DNA of 64,000 nt from Klebsormidium nitens (lineage: Eukaryota; Plantae; Klebsormidiophyceae). The position numbers and the translations under genes are program-made. The first letter of the stretch is position 1, and each line of letters starts with the position of its first letter. This document shows, piece by piece, positions 1-11,260 of this stretch. The notes under the pieces are model-generated. The model did not search any database, was not told the origin of the DNA, and worked only from the letters and a program-made list of their open reading frames with translations. Where the stretch lies: the NCBI GenBank assembly GCA_000708835.1, contig DF237218.1, positions 53,233 through 117,232 of the forward strand, read 5' to 3'.

Positions 1-105
1 ATTTCGTTCGCCTCCTAGAAAGCACTCCCGCAAAGAATCTTCCTATGGGTGTTAATATGTCAAACATGACATGACTTCAGCATGACATATGTCCCAAAGG
101 CTTAC

Positions 106-1059
106 CCAGTTCAGTGCTTCATCTTCGTTCTCAAAGTAGAACTTGGCTGGCACCAGCTCCACCAGCTTGTCAAAGACTGGTTTAAACTTTTGGTCAAGGA
201 TAACCAGGGCAAAGAAGTGCACAGAGTGGAGATCTAGGTGCAATCAGAACAAAGAGACACTGAACATTCACGAGTGATTGTAAACGTCTGCGATAGTGAG
301 ACTCAATAAAAGTAGGAAGAAAATGCAAACGATACGAATGCGCCGCAAGATTGACCAAATTACGACAGAATGGTGGTCATGCTCTTTCTGCATCATTCTG
401 GAGCAACCCGTGCAACTGTCAGCAGCTGAACCTGGAGTGGTTGCTTTCTGCCCATAAGAGTAATTCAACTGAAAACAAACAAGATAGTAAATCGTTCCAA
501 ACCCTAACACACCACCACCACCTTTTTCCTCTCTCGTTTTGACACTCAATCTCAAGGGCTATGCCGTTTACTGCTCCTGGTGCCTAAGCATCATCCTCGC
601 GTGTCAGGACACAGAGCGCTTCAATGGACCATAAGCCCATTCAGATTTTCATGAGAGCCATGGTTTGCAGCTAACCGAGCACAACAAATGCACACCCTTT
701 TTGGAGCAGCATTCCGCTTTTCTTGCTGAAGAAACTACGAAGCGCTATTCACTGCATTTCGACCCATTACCAGCATTACAGAACGGGAAAAGCGGAGCCA
801 GGTTGCCAAACAGGAAAGAGAACCAATGGGTGCGAATGATCCTTCAATCACCACTAAGGCATCAACCCATTTCCCTAGGTCAAAGATGGGACCGAAGCAC
901 TTTCAAGAAGTTGCATGAAAAAATGTGTCAACTTTCAAGAAGATGCATGAAAAGCTGTATCAAATCAACGTTTGGAGTGGAAGGTAAATGTTCTCTAGAA
1001 TGAAGGATACACAACGCGTCCTCATGAATCTTGCTTGCAGAGTTCGGCGCCGTCTCCAT
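106..1059 (-). CDS. RRP14: RRP14/SURF6-family ribosome biogenesis protein, N-terminal exons (1059-1011 and 176-106); gene continues off the window edge
   Basis: Splicing TTG T|gtatcc (1011/1010) to aaaccag|TC TTT (177/176) gives METAPNSASKIHEDALFFDKLVELVPAKFYFENEDEALNW, followed by a gtaagc donor. This matches the Rrp14 N-terminal pattern H..FFD.L.ELIPA.FY recalled from plant and yeast proteins. An alternative upstream ATG lies at 1080. Confidence 0.75.
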
Positions 1060-1361
1060 CTTGAGAGCTCTCCCCGGCATTATCTGCCCTGCCCGGGGGA
1101 TTGCTCTGAGATCGCTGTCACTTGTTGAGGTGTGGAATGGTGGCACAGCAGCTAAAGCCTAAAGCGCTTTTGACAGTCGTTCCGAAACTTAAAGCTTCTG
1201 AAGTTCATCACAGAACACAGGACTCCAACGCCAGGCAAGCTGGATGCTGCTAACTAGAGGCACTGGCAGCTCGGAGACCATACCGTTACCGGATTGTACT
1301 ACTTAGTGACTGACAGCTTGCGAGGCGGGGGGATCCCCCAGCTCAGGTAGACGGTGAGCTA

Positions 1362-1472
1362 GCAGTAGGAGTCGGTCACATGACCGACTCCTGCTGCATG
1401 CGACTCCATGGCATGCCGCCGGACATGTCACTGTCTGCACGACTGCACCATCAAGCCTGCAGGCTTGATGGT
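1362..1472. repeat. Two adjacent palindromes/hairpins
   Basis: gcagtaggagtcggtca-ca-tgaccgactcctgctgc (1362-1397, near-perfect) and accatcaagcctgcaggcttgatggt (1447-1472, perfect 26-bp palindrome). Confidence 0.85.
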
Positions 1473-2493
1473 AGCCGAGCTCGGTGGATGATCTGCATGA
1501 AGGCCGCCTTGCCAAGTTGCACTCAGCTGGTAAGAGATTGACCATCATACGGTACTAATACCAGGCTTGGCAAGAGCTGGAGCAGCTAGGCAGCCCAACA
1601 TGCATTCAGTGTTTAAACAAGCACTTCGAGGCTTGCCAAATCAATGAGTTGTCGTATCCAGCGGGTCGTATTTAGGCAGGCGCTGGGTCGAGTCCTCGAG
1701 TCCTAGCTCGAAAGACATGCGCTCAGTGCATATGTCACCGCGAGGGCGGGCCCTGCGGTCTAGCATAACAAGTGTAGAAGCTGAGCGTCACGTATGGGGC
1801 ACGGAAGCGATCGCCCCAGCTCATTCTATAAATCAATGCATCAGTGCGACACGTATTGCATGCGACCGTTGGTCTGCATCCGGTGAACTTTCTATTGCGG
1901 AGCCTAGATCGACCGCCTGGCAAAACATCGTACAACTTATCCATATCGTTGAATGCGGCCGGGCCCGGCGCCGCATATATGCGTACTGGAATTATGGAGA
2001 AGTCCTCAGCCTGCACCGTACATGAAAGTGACTACCAAATCTCAATCGCATGAGGAGAGGATCCGCCAATTAAGAAGTGGCGCACACATGCAACACGGGG
2101 TTGCAAGATTCGCGTCGACTTGTGTAGGGCTGAAAGGGGGCCGGGCTCTTCTCGAAGGTGAGAACAAAACAAGTACTCAAACTTAAATATCAAATATGCA
2201 TCGCCGTAGATTGTCCGCAACCGAAGACTTCACATTCAATTGGAACTGAGATTGAAATGGACGGAACATAAAATCAAGCTGTCTGACCAGACCGTCCTCA
2301 ATGTCTAATGGAGCTGCAACCTGATTATGTTGCAGGCTGGCGTCAACCTGTGGACTAAAGTCTCTCGGTCATCGGAACGGGCGCCAAGCCCTTTGCCGAC
2401 TTTCACACACACAAGGGTTGGATTCCCTCAGGATCTAACGTACATCATGCTACACATTCTAATGGACCGGTGCCGTGCAGAGAGCGCAATATT

Positions 2494-5400
2494 CTAATCC
2501 CGGCCCACTGCATCAGCCGGGCAGTTCCGCCCGATAACTCTCGGCTTCCACACGCCCGCATGGGCCTCGGTAAACGGAATCCCCAACTGCCCACTGCTAT
2601 TCAATCCCATCACCACGACCTCGCCTTTGAAGGTCCTTGCAACCGTATGCCGGAACCAACTGGCTGCTATTTGTACAATCTTGTGGGGCCTCAAAACCTC
2701 CACTCTCCGCGGCTCAAGGGTTACTAAACCCCAGCCCTCCAAACCCAGCTCTCCGTAGAAGCAGCAGCCAAAGGAGTAGACCTCGCCCAAATCGCCCACC
2801 ACGAAAGTGGTCAGGGCTCCAGCAGCGACCTGTAAAATAAAAAGGGGGTTCGATTTAACACTTGAATTAGCATATTTCGCGAGGTTTACATCGGTTTCCG
2901 GGAAACGGAACAAACTGCGGGTTCTCCTAAGGCGGCTCGATTTGACCAAAGAGATTGGCTGCCAATGCACATGTGTCAAGAGCGCGGTGATCCACACTCC
3001 GACAATACGGAAAAGAACAAAGAATCTTTACGTCCGTCGGTTTCTTTTTAAAAATATGGTTCCGAAAAGTAAGTACTGTCAGGATCCGTCCAAACAACGC
3101 TCCGCTGCTCATACCCCCAACTGAGAGACAAACACAGTGTCCTTACGAGGACCGAGTAAGTAGATAGAACGGGCAATTTGAGCTCACAAAGCTCCGCGCT
3201 TGCTGCTGCCAGCCCCCTCGCTCTTTTCCTTGCAGTTTCAGAACTCGAAAACTTACAGGCAGCTCTGCGTTGATTCTACTTATGCTGGCCGGATGCCTCC
3301 AATACCGCTTGGTTCACACCAAATGCTCCTCTTCCAAACGAAGACGGTCAACAAACTAGAGGCGATAAAACAGGAACAGCGTAATTACCTGCACTGGCCG
3401 AATGTTATCAATTCCCCGCAGCTCCTGAACCATTGCGTCCTCTTCTCTTGCGTCCCTGCTCCGGATTCCGTTGGGCGGAATGCCCCAGAGGAACACGCGG
3501 CCGTCGGCAGCGAGAGCAACGGAGTGATGCGCACCGGCCGCGACTTGCACGATGTGGGCGTCGAAGTGGTCGGCAAGGCGTGCGATGCGCTGAGGGGTCT
3601 CCTCGCATCTGCAGCGAAAAAACGACGTTTTAGTGTTTAGCGAGCTTCCTGATTTCGACAGCTTGAGGAATCTGGCTTCATCTTGACCTTAAATGCGCTC
3701 TCTTCATATGAAACGGTCAGCGAGGCAAGAGATGCGCGGAGAACTCTCCTCGCATCTGGAGGGAAAAACCGCTTGTTATGGTTCAAGGAACTCCCGTTTT
3801 CATTCCTCCAAGATTTGCGCAGTTATTTTGACCTTGCACCCGCTTGATGCACTGGTTTTCTTGACTTCAATGGGCGTCAAAGTGGTCGGCAAGCCGCGAG
3901 ATGCGTTGGAAAGTCTCCTTGCATCTGAAGAGGGAAAGATTAGTGTTATGTTCAAGAAAGTCCGTGATATCAAACTTCAAACTTCTTGGCGTGATCTTAG
4001 TCTTGCATCCCTCTGTAGTAAACAGCCTGCAGCTGAGGTTCCGAACGCCCTGCTCTTTGATGATAAGGAAGGGTTTCACTTTCTGCAACTTACAAACACT
4101 TCCCAAAGCTTACAACGCACTTTTCGAATACTGGGTTCTTGAAACAACGAGTGTCAAAAGGGATGGCGGAACGCAGGCGGGTATTTTGGTACAAGCCAAA
4201 GACAAAACCAGAAAAGACCCAAGAGCAGTCCGTGCCAAACGTTGCTCTAGGAAGCTCTTCCCGATTGCACCCCTTAATACCCTGATCAATTGCAAGGGTC
4301 CCCAAGTTGTCAACGCTTTGCTTTCTTTTAATAGGACATGGCCGCAAACCTTGTTGTCGAAGATATACCTCAAAATTTTGTCAGAGGGGCACCGGGGCAA
4401 CGTAGCTCCAAAACTGTCGTACTCAGTCTAGCAAAACAGACTTCGGGTCTTCGGACAGCAAAGTCACAACCTCTGGACTCTCGATTTGAGAAGACGCAAA
4501 AAGCAACCGCACCTGAAAACCCAAGGGACGCTTCCGTCGCCCCCATCCTTCGGTTCCGTTCCCCCCTGCCCTAGTTGCCCCTTCCCGCCCTCGCCCCACG
4601 CATACACCTCCCCCTTATCCGTTACCGCCAACATATGGTCCCACCCCGCAGAGATCTGCACGATGCGGACGTCCGAAAGCGCTTGGACCATGAGGGGGAC
4701 GTCCGAGAAGTGGGTCTCGGGGCCATGGCCTAGCATGCCCGTGGCGGACGTGCCGCTGGTGTAAACGCGCCCCTCGCGGCTGAGGAATGCGGTGACGGTT
4801 GCGCCGCACGCAACCTGCGCGAAAAAGAAGTTCTCAGCTTCAGAAACTAAAAAGTTCTGGGCTTATGCATCTTCGAAGGGCAAGCAACTGATGATAATTC
4901 GGGGAGCTTTTGTGACTTGAGTTCGGCTGTGCGTCTATATGGCTGCTCAGAGCGGGGTGGGAAGCAGGGCAGAAAAGATAAAAACAGAAGATGCAGCCTA
5001 AGCAGAAAGCTGTCGTGAACGTTGTTAGAAAAAGGATTGGAAAGAGCGACAGAGATGTTTGCATCTGCCACACCCGAGAGAGGAGGCCAAAACCATTTTT
5101 TTTAAAATCTATGTACGACAGACTCGACTCGCTGCAAGTAAGGCACAGAGAACCGTATGTACTTCCAAACTCGACCAGCATACCGCAAACATGTTTCTGC
5201 AATAGAACACAACAAACCAATGACGTGGCTTCTGAACAAACCAACGACGTGGCTTCTGACAACCAATGCCCGCTTCAACAAATTCCACTAGCGGAGTCAC
5301 CTGCGCTATGGGGATGCCTGCAAGTGCTGTCACAGGCTGTGGCAGCACAACGTCCTCCTGTCCGGGAATCCCCAGGCACCCCTGCTCGTTCTTTCCAAAA

Positions 5401-8380
5401 CTGTACACGTCACCCTCCGACGTCACTGTGACGACAGACCCCGGGCCGGCGGCTACGCAAGCGATCCTGAAGGCAAGATCGAAGGTAAGTGTCAGAGTGT
5501 TGATTGATCTGCAGGCAACTGTCTAAACGGCGTTCCTTTGAGGAGAACCTCAGGACGAAGTTGGCAGACGTTTACTCGTTGCAATAAAAGATGCAGCTTC
5601 GGTGTTGGATCCGATGTGTGGGGACGAAAGATACAGTGACAAATGCTCGAAGCCCGCATCTCTTGTCTGCCAATCGGTAGCCCCGAAAACATGCGCGCAT
5701 TCAACCAGGGGTTAGAAACGTCTAGGACGTCGAGAAGTGTAGCAGACAACAAGCAAAACAAAATCTCAGATCCAATACTAGCCGAACCGTCACTCTTGTC
5801 CGTAGCTGGGTCCAATTCCGCACTGCCTCCATAGCTGCACCATTTGCGCTCGCCCAGGCACAGAAAGCACAATCTCACCCCACGAAGACCGCAAATAGAA
5901 AACGTTCTAAAAAAGGGGAAAAAATCCCCCGAAGGAATCAAACCCTGCATTACAACACTAGTAAGCAACCCTCACTTTTCGTTCGCCGGATCACCCCCGA
6001 TCGCCCCCAACCCTCAGCTACTGCCACAGGTTGCCCTATGTCGCTTCCGCTCAACCAGAGGAAGCACACCTCACACCCGCCAAAAAAGCGCCACAGATTC
6101 ACACAATCAGAAAGGTGACAACCGTGGGAACGCCGCATCAACGAAACCCCTGAGTTTTGGTCCGTCCCCACGTCCCCACCCTCCGCTGCTCCCATAGCTG
6201 CTCCACCTTGCGCTCCCCCAGGCACAAGAACCATAACTCAGATCGACCACAATGAAAGCAAACAAGAAGTCATTGGAAGTGACAACTTAGAATCCACGTC
6301 ACTGGACAAAATTCACTTGCCAGCACGTCTTCCAACCTCCGCTGCTCCCTCCGCTGCTCCACCTCACTTCAAACCTCAAAACCTCGAAAAGATGACAACC
6401 AAAGCTCAAAACCTTGAAAAAGATGACAACCCAGTGGTAAACACATCCCCTAAATCAAAAAGAACGCTCACTTTCTGTCCGCCAGGACGTCGCCCACTCT
6501 GCGCTGCTCCCACAGCTGCTCCACCTCGCGCTCGCCCAGGCACGCGAAGCGCGCCTTGGAGCCCCCAAAGATGCGCAGCTCGCCCGCCGTGTTGACCGTG
6601 CAGCTGAAGTCGGGACCGACCTCCACGAGGCCCTCCTTCGTACTGTAACGCAGATTCTTTTGCCTTTCAAAGTTTCTTCGCATGAGACATCTATTTCGAA
6701 GGCTTTTTGACTTTCGGAGCATGTAAGAGCATTCTGATTTGAAGGCTGTTAAAAACGCACAATTCCTGATTTGGAGGCTGGAAAAGAGTAAAGTCTCGCT
6801 GAAGATAGCAGGCCCCGCCGGGGCTGCCGTGACCAAGCTCTACGAGACCCCATCTGCACTGTGAGGCGGAATCGGCTTCCGCTTCAGGCGGTTTGAGCTG
6901 GGCAACAGTCCTATCAACATACAAGAGCCTTTTCGCACTCAACCTTTGGAGAGAGACTCCGAAGCCGCCTGTGTAGGGCTGTAGCCCTGAGCCCTAAGCC
7001 CAAGGAATTGCGGTTCAGATGGACTATGTAATGGAGACTTACAAAACCTCCTATGCGAAAGCCTGGACCCCCTCCAATAGGCCCTCATTAGTACGGAAAT
7101 CACAAAATCCATTGATCTGAGAGAGACAAACATTGTCGCGTGTTTACCACAATCCAATAGAGAATCTGAGGGCCAGATAGGAAAATCAACCACCACACAC
7201 CAAACAAGTCACCAAGGTCGGCAGCCAAAGGAACCTGTGATGGCATCGGAATTGGTTGCTGGGAAAGGGTGCTTGCTTCGGCGGATGAAATGGGCAATCC
7301 GTCGAAAGCTTACGACAAGAACGTTACGTTCTTCACAGGGAGAAAGAACCAACCATATGGGCGCGAAACAAGTCGAAAGAGGCACCAACCTGTCGACGCG
7401 GTCGAGCGCGTTCAGATGATGGTACGCCACCTTCCAGTCGCCCCCGCACCGCAGTAGAAGGCGCCCTTGGCTCGCAGCTGAACAGGCCTTATATACAGGG
7501 TGGGCCTGGCACGAGCGGTGCGCAGCGACCTGGAAAAACAGCAATAGAGACTTGTGACGTGTCCAATCAGGTTAAAAGGGCTGGGTGCTGTGACCGAACG
7601 TAACGTGGGTACATACTGTGCCACATGTGGCGTAGAGAAGAGCTGTGCCAACTGAAGCTACGTGGAGGAAGGTCGACGATGGTACAGTGAGAAGGCCAGC
7701 GAACAAAAGACCAATCTTCACCGCCTTTTAACTGAAAAGTGTATATATCGCAAAATAAGACAACCAAAGTTGGCAAACAGACGCTCGTTTTAGGGGGGTT
7801 TTCCGTGCACCAGCAGCATTTGGACAATTGTACGTCGAATCAAAGCGCTGATATGTAAACAAACAGTATTGGCCCTTGCGTATGAAAAAGGGTAGCCAAA
7901 CTCTTTGCGAGATAGCAGTGTTGGCCCTTTTGTACGGGTAGCAAAGAGAACCCCCACCTTTCCGAATCGAAAGGCAGGCTCCAAGAAGGCCTAAAATCAG
8001 GGTGAGTCTACCCACTTCCCAACTTGGTACGAAGGGCCATGGCACACTGGTTGCACTAAAGCTCGGATAGGACGAACAACAAGTAGAAAGATCAAACATC
8101 AGGCGGGCTGTGCAGTACAAGCTAAGGAAACAACATAGCTACTAAGCTGGTGTCGTGCAGAAAGCTGGTGACAGCAAGGAACGCCAACCTTTCAACTACT
8201 CGGTCTCTTACCACAGTCAGCGACATGGAGGCGTCAGGCGCAAAGTTGGCGGGCGTGCGGAAGAAGCGGCAGGCAGCCTCCAGGCGGGCGAGGTCGCGCG
8301 CACTCAGTCCTGACGTCAGCACCTTGAGAAGGATGTCTGGAGTGTCCGAAAGCTGGGTCAGGCTGCCCACTGGAAAAGAG
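2494..8380 (-). CDS. F-box-like N-terminus + RCC1-repeat protein (At3g26100-like), 7 exons
   Basis: Exons 8380(or 8369)-8212, 7529-7390, 6642-6472, 5466-5301, 4814-4513, 3608-3389, 2829-2494 all have GT/AG boundaries and compatible phases. Translation includes TPDILLKVLTSGLSARDLARLEAACRFFRTPANFAPD, RCGGDWKV, VAAGPGSVVTVTSEGDVYSFG, TAFLSREGRVY, QISAGWDHMLAVTDKGEVYAWGEGGKGQLG, QVAAGAHHSVAL and QVAAGALTTFVV. These match the recalled At3g26100 segments PSIVLHVL...DLANLEATCSFF..PANFAPD, RCGGSWK and TAVLSREGKVY. Confidence 0.9.
3715..3935 (-). repeat. Two decayed intronic copies of the acceptor and 5' end of RCC1 exon 3608-3389
   Basis: The true exon starts cag|A TGC GAG GAG ACC CCT (CEETPQRIARLADHFDAH). 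Copies read CKETFQRISRLADHFDAH* (~3867-3930) and CEESSPRISCLADRFI* (~3715-3760). Each is preceded by a pyrimidine tract + cag. Confidence 0.85.
5823..6366 (-). repeat. Three decayed intronic copies of the 3' half of RCC1 exon 6642-6472
   Basis: Exon motif gcctgggcgagcgcgaggtggagcagctgtgggagcag (6503-6543) recurs as gcctgggggagcgcaaggtggagcagctatgggagcag (6181-6224), gcctgggcgagcgcaaatggtgcagctatggaggcag (5823-5861) and a shorter gaggtggagcagcggagggagcag (~6340-6366). Confidence 0.85.
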
Positions 8381-8936
8381 CTGCAAAAGAAAGAAGGTAA
8401 AGTCAGTGCTAGGGCCGCATTCCAGGATTACAATTCTGGAAAAGGGCCATGGATCCGAACTTAACCAGGTACCATGCAATGGTCCACGAAAGTCACGGAA
8501 GTCAGCACAGGGAAGTTGAAAATTATGTCTGGACGTTGATGTGATGAATTAGGTGGCTGATTGACAGAACACAAACAAAAGAATCAACAGTGCTGACACA
8601 ACTTGGAAGTGCACCCGGCCTGTGACATTGCAGGCCCAGACAAGCTGTCGGGGCAACAGAGGAAAGAAGAAAAAGCGACACCCAGAGAGTAAAACAATCG
8701 CATGAAATCAGAAGTACTTACTACAGAACCTAGACCAGGGGGGGGGGGGGGTTCTGAAAGGCGCAGAGGCTCTAGAAGACAGGACTGATTGTCAAGCCTG
8801 CTTCCGAACTCTGACAGCATCGACAGCATTCAAGCAAGGACTCTTAAGGATTCTTACACTTCTTCTTATACTACTACCGGGATACCAAGCAGCTGCATTC
8901 GCATATTCAGCACATTTCTCAGTAGCTTACGCTCAC

Positions 8937-10774
8937 CTCGCCTCCGCTGCCGCCGCCTCCTTCAACGTTCTGGCGACCTCCAGACTGGCCCCTTGCACCT
9001 TCGCAGCCTGCAGCCCCCTGAAAAGTTTCAGATGCTCCTCCATCCCCACACCCCCCGCTCGCGGGCCGATCTCCGCCCCTTCCGTCACCCCCCCCTTTGC
9101 GACAATTCCACTACCCGTGCTCCCGGGGGATACAACCTCCTCTCCCACCGCCCCCCCCTCAGGAACGACTTGCAAAACTGGCTTGGTGCGAACGCCCTCT
9201 GGGGCCGATTTACAGCAGCGCCCTTCAAACGACTCCGGACTGAAGGGGAGGTCTTTCACTTGGGCAAAGTCCGAAGTGGACCCCACGCGCGGCAGGGGGG
9301 TCTCCAGAGGCTCGGGCAGGGACGGTGCGAAACCCCCATTTGAGGGGACGGCGCCGCTGCTGGATGTTACACGGTAAACCGTTGATGGGTCATAGCCAGA
9401 GGAGTCCATCTCATCGGAACTACTAGTGGACGAATTAGATCCAGTAGTGGGGTTAGGGTGCGCTGAGGTCAGCGAGTTGTCGGAGGGTTTGGGTACTAAC
9501 ACAGGGGTTAGGAGCTTGGGCCGCTTGTTAGCCGGATCAGGAGATGCGCAACTTTTGCGCTTCACTTCCAGTAACAACTCCTCAGGGAGCTGACTCGACC
9601 GCGCCTGTTTCGTGCCTGCGAGCACCGCCGAGGGGGTCAGTTTCGCCAGCTTTTCCGGCCCCCCCTGCTCAGACCCCTTCTCCGCTGTGTGCAAAGACAC
9701 AAACCTGGTAGTGGTTGTCACTCCCTTTTGGGGGGGCATCATCGACGACTTCTTGCTCCTGAAAGACAACCCCGCCGTCGTCTCTTTACCCCCCGCCGCT
9801 TTTCTCAGTATTCTCATGGGGGTGCTGTCTAGAATGCCCGCCAGAGTGCTTGCACCCCCCGGCTGCGGAGGTTGCGCCCCCCCGAAAGTTGTCCCATTGA
9901 AAACTTGAGCATACATGAACCGGTTTGCTGGCGCTTTCGAGTCGGGCACCCTCAGATTGGAGATGATCTCTCGGTTCCCTAGTCCCCTCCCCTTCATCGG
10001 CAATGGATACGCAATCCCCCCAAGCCCTGCAACCGCGCCATGATGCGCCAGAGCGCCGTCTGGGGCGGGTGGAACCACTTTCTCATCACAGGGCCTCTCT
10101 AGCAGATAGTTGACTTCCGGAAGAATTGGCCCAAACCCCCGCTGCACTTTTGTCTGTGGTGCAGCTTCCCAGGCAGGCGCGACCAAAGGCTCCGCTCTTA
10201 CAACGGGCTTCATGACCTGAACAGTGTGACAACCCCCGCAAACTTGCAAATTCTCCTTCACTTGGGGGGTGCCCTCGAAGACAGAGACATCGGACCGCTG
10301 CCGCTGAAGCTGCGGCGCATACACCCCCTGCTTTTGCCCCATCCCCGGCCCCCCCGCCGGAGAAGAATCCAAAACAGCCCCCCCCTCCGGCCCCATTCTC
10401 GAAGCACTCCGCTTCCCAGAACAGCACCCCGCAACCTTTTCATTCGTATCGCACGAGCTCAACGGGCCCCCATCCCGCAACACCCCCAGCTTCGCCGACC
10501 CGTCTAGGCTTCCCCCCGTGCTATTTCCAGCCCGCGGAACCTCTAGAAGTCCCGTCTTGCGCCGGGGCTTGGGCGTGTCGCACGGCTGCTCCTGGAACCA
10601 TAGCTCGCCCGCAAACTCGTGTTCCCGCGGTACGCAGCAGGGTTGCGTGCATGTTCCGGTGGCACAGCAGCAGCTTTTCCCCCCCGCTTCGGTTTGGCAC
10701 GGCGTGCAGCACCAGCAGCAGGGACCATCGTCCCAGGCAAGCGCCAGCTCCTGGCAAAGCGTGGCGTCCTCCAT
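8937..10774 (-). CDS. Large coding exon (~612 aa), Cys-rich start then Pro/Ser/Gly-rich low complexity; probable N-terminal extension of the RCC1 gene
   Basis: The 613-aa ORF ends at a canonical donor GCG AG|gtgagc (8937/8936), so its TGA is intronic. Phase 2 fits the acceptor ttcttttgcag|C TCT TTT CCA GTG at 8381/8380. No recognisable domain. The join is inferred. Confidence 0.6.
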
Positions 10775-11260
10775 GGGGGGGTGTCAGCACCTGCAAAATG
10801 ACCGGGGGGGGCAAAGGTTAGGTCTGCAAACGGGGGTCAACATTGCAGTTGTGGATTCGATTTGATGCTAAGCAAAGGCAAGCTCTTGGCACACCGTGGC
10901 GTCCTCCATCAGGGGCTGTCAGCACCTGCAGAATGCATGCAGTGGGCGATGGGTGACTTCTTTAGGGGGGTGCGTGTATTTGGATGGTAAGAAAGGCCAG
11001 CTTTGCATAGCGTGGCGTCCTCTATGGTCATGTCAAAAACTGCAAAATGCAGAGGAAGACAAATTGGTTCTGTTGGGGGGATAGGCAATGGATGGTAAGT
11101 TAACGCCAGCATGAAACCCTCGACGAGGGCTGTCAGCACCTGCCAAAAGGAGAAGGGGGGGCAATGAGAAACTTGCAGAATCTGAAAGCAAAGGCCATGC
11201 TCCTAGCATACAGCAGCATCTTCTATTGGGGGTGTCGGCACCTGCGAAAAGAGAGGGGCA
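10745..11260 (-). repeat. Five ~110-bp tandem copies of acceptor + exon start (cag|GTGCTGACA...GAGGACGCCAC)
   Basis: Units near 10790, 10925, 11040, 11140 and 11240 share (ttt)gcag-gtgctgaca-ccc..-atg/ata-gaggacgccacg-...tgc. They translate as MEDATLCQEL, LMEDATVCQEL, MTIEDATLCK, VLTALVEG and VPTPPIEDAAVC*. Confidence 0.85.

Noticed and set aside
1735-2016. Polinton-like integrase N-terminus (IYAAPGPAAFNDMDKLY)
   Set aside because: A single loose motif with no DDE core or other Polinton genes nearby.
10745-11260. Regularly spaced repeats resembling a CRISPR array
   Set aside because: The repeats are diverged exon/acceptor duplicates in a eukaryotic gene; no invariant repeat, no cas genes.
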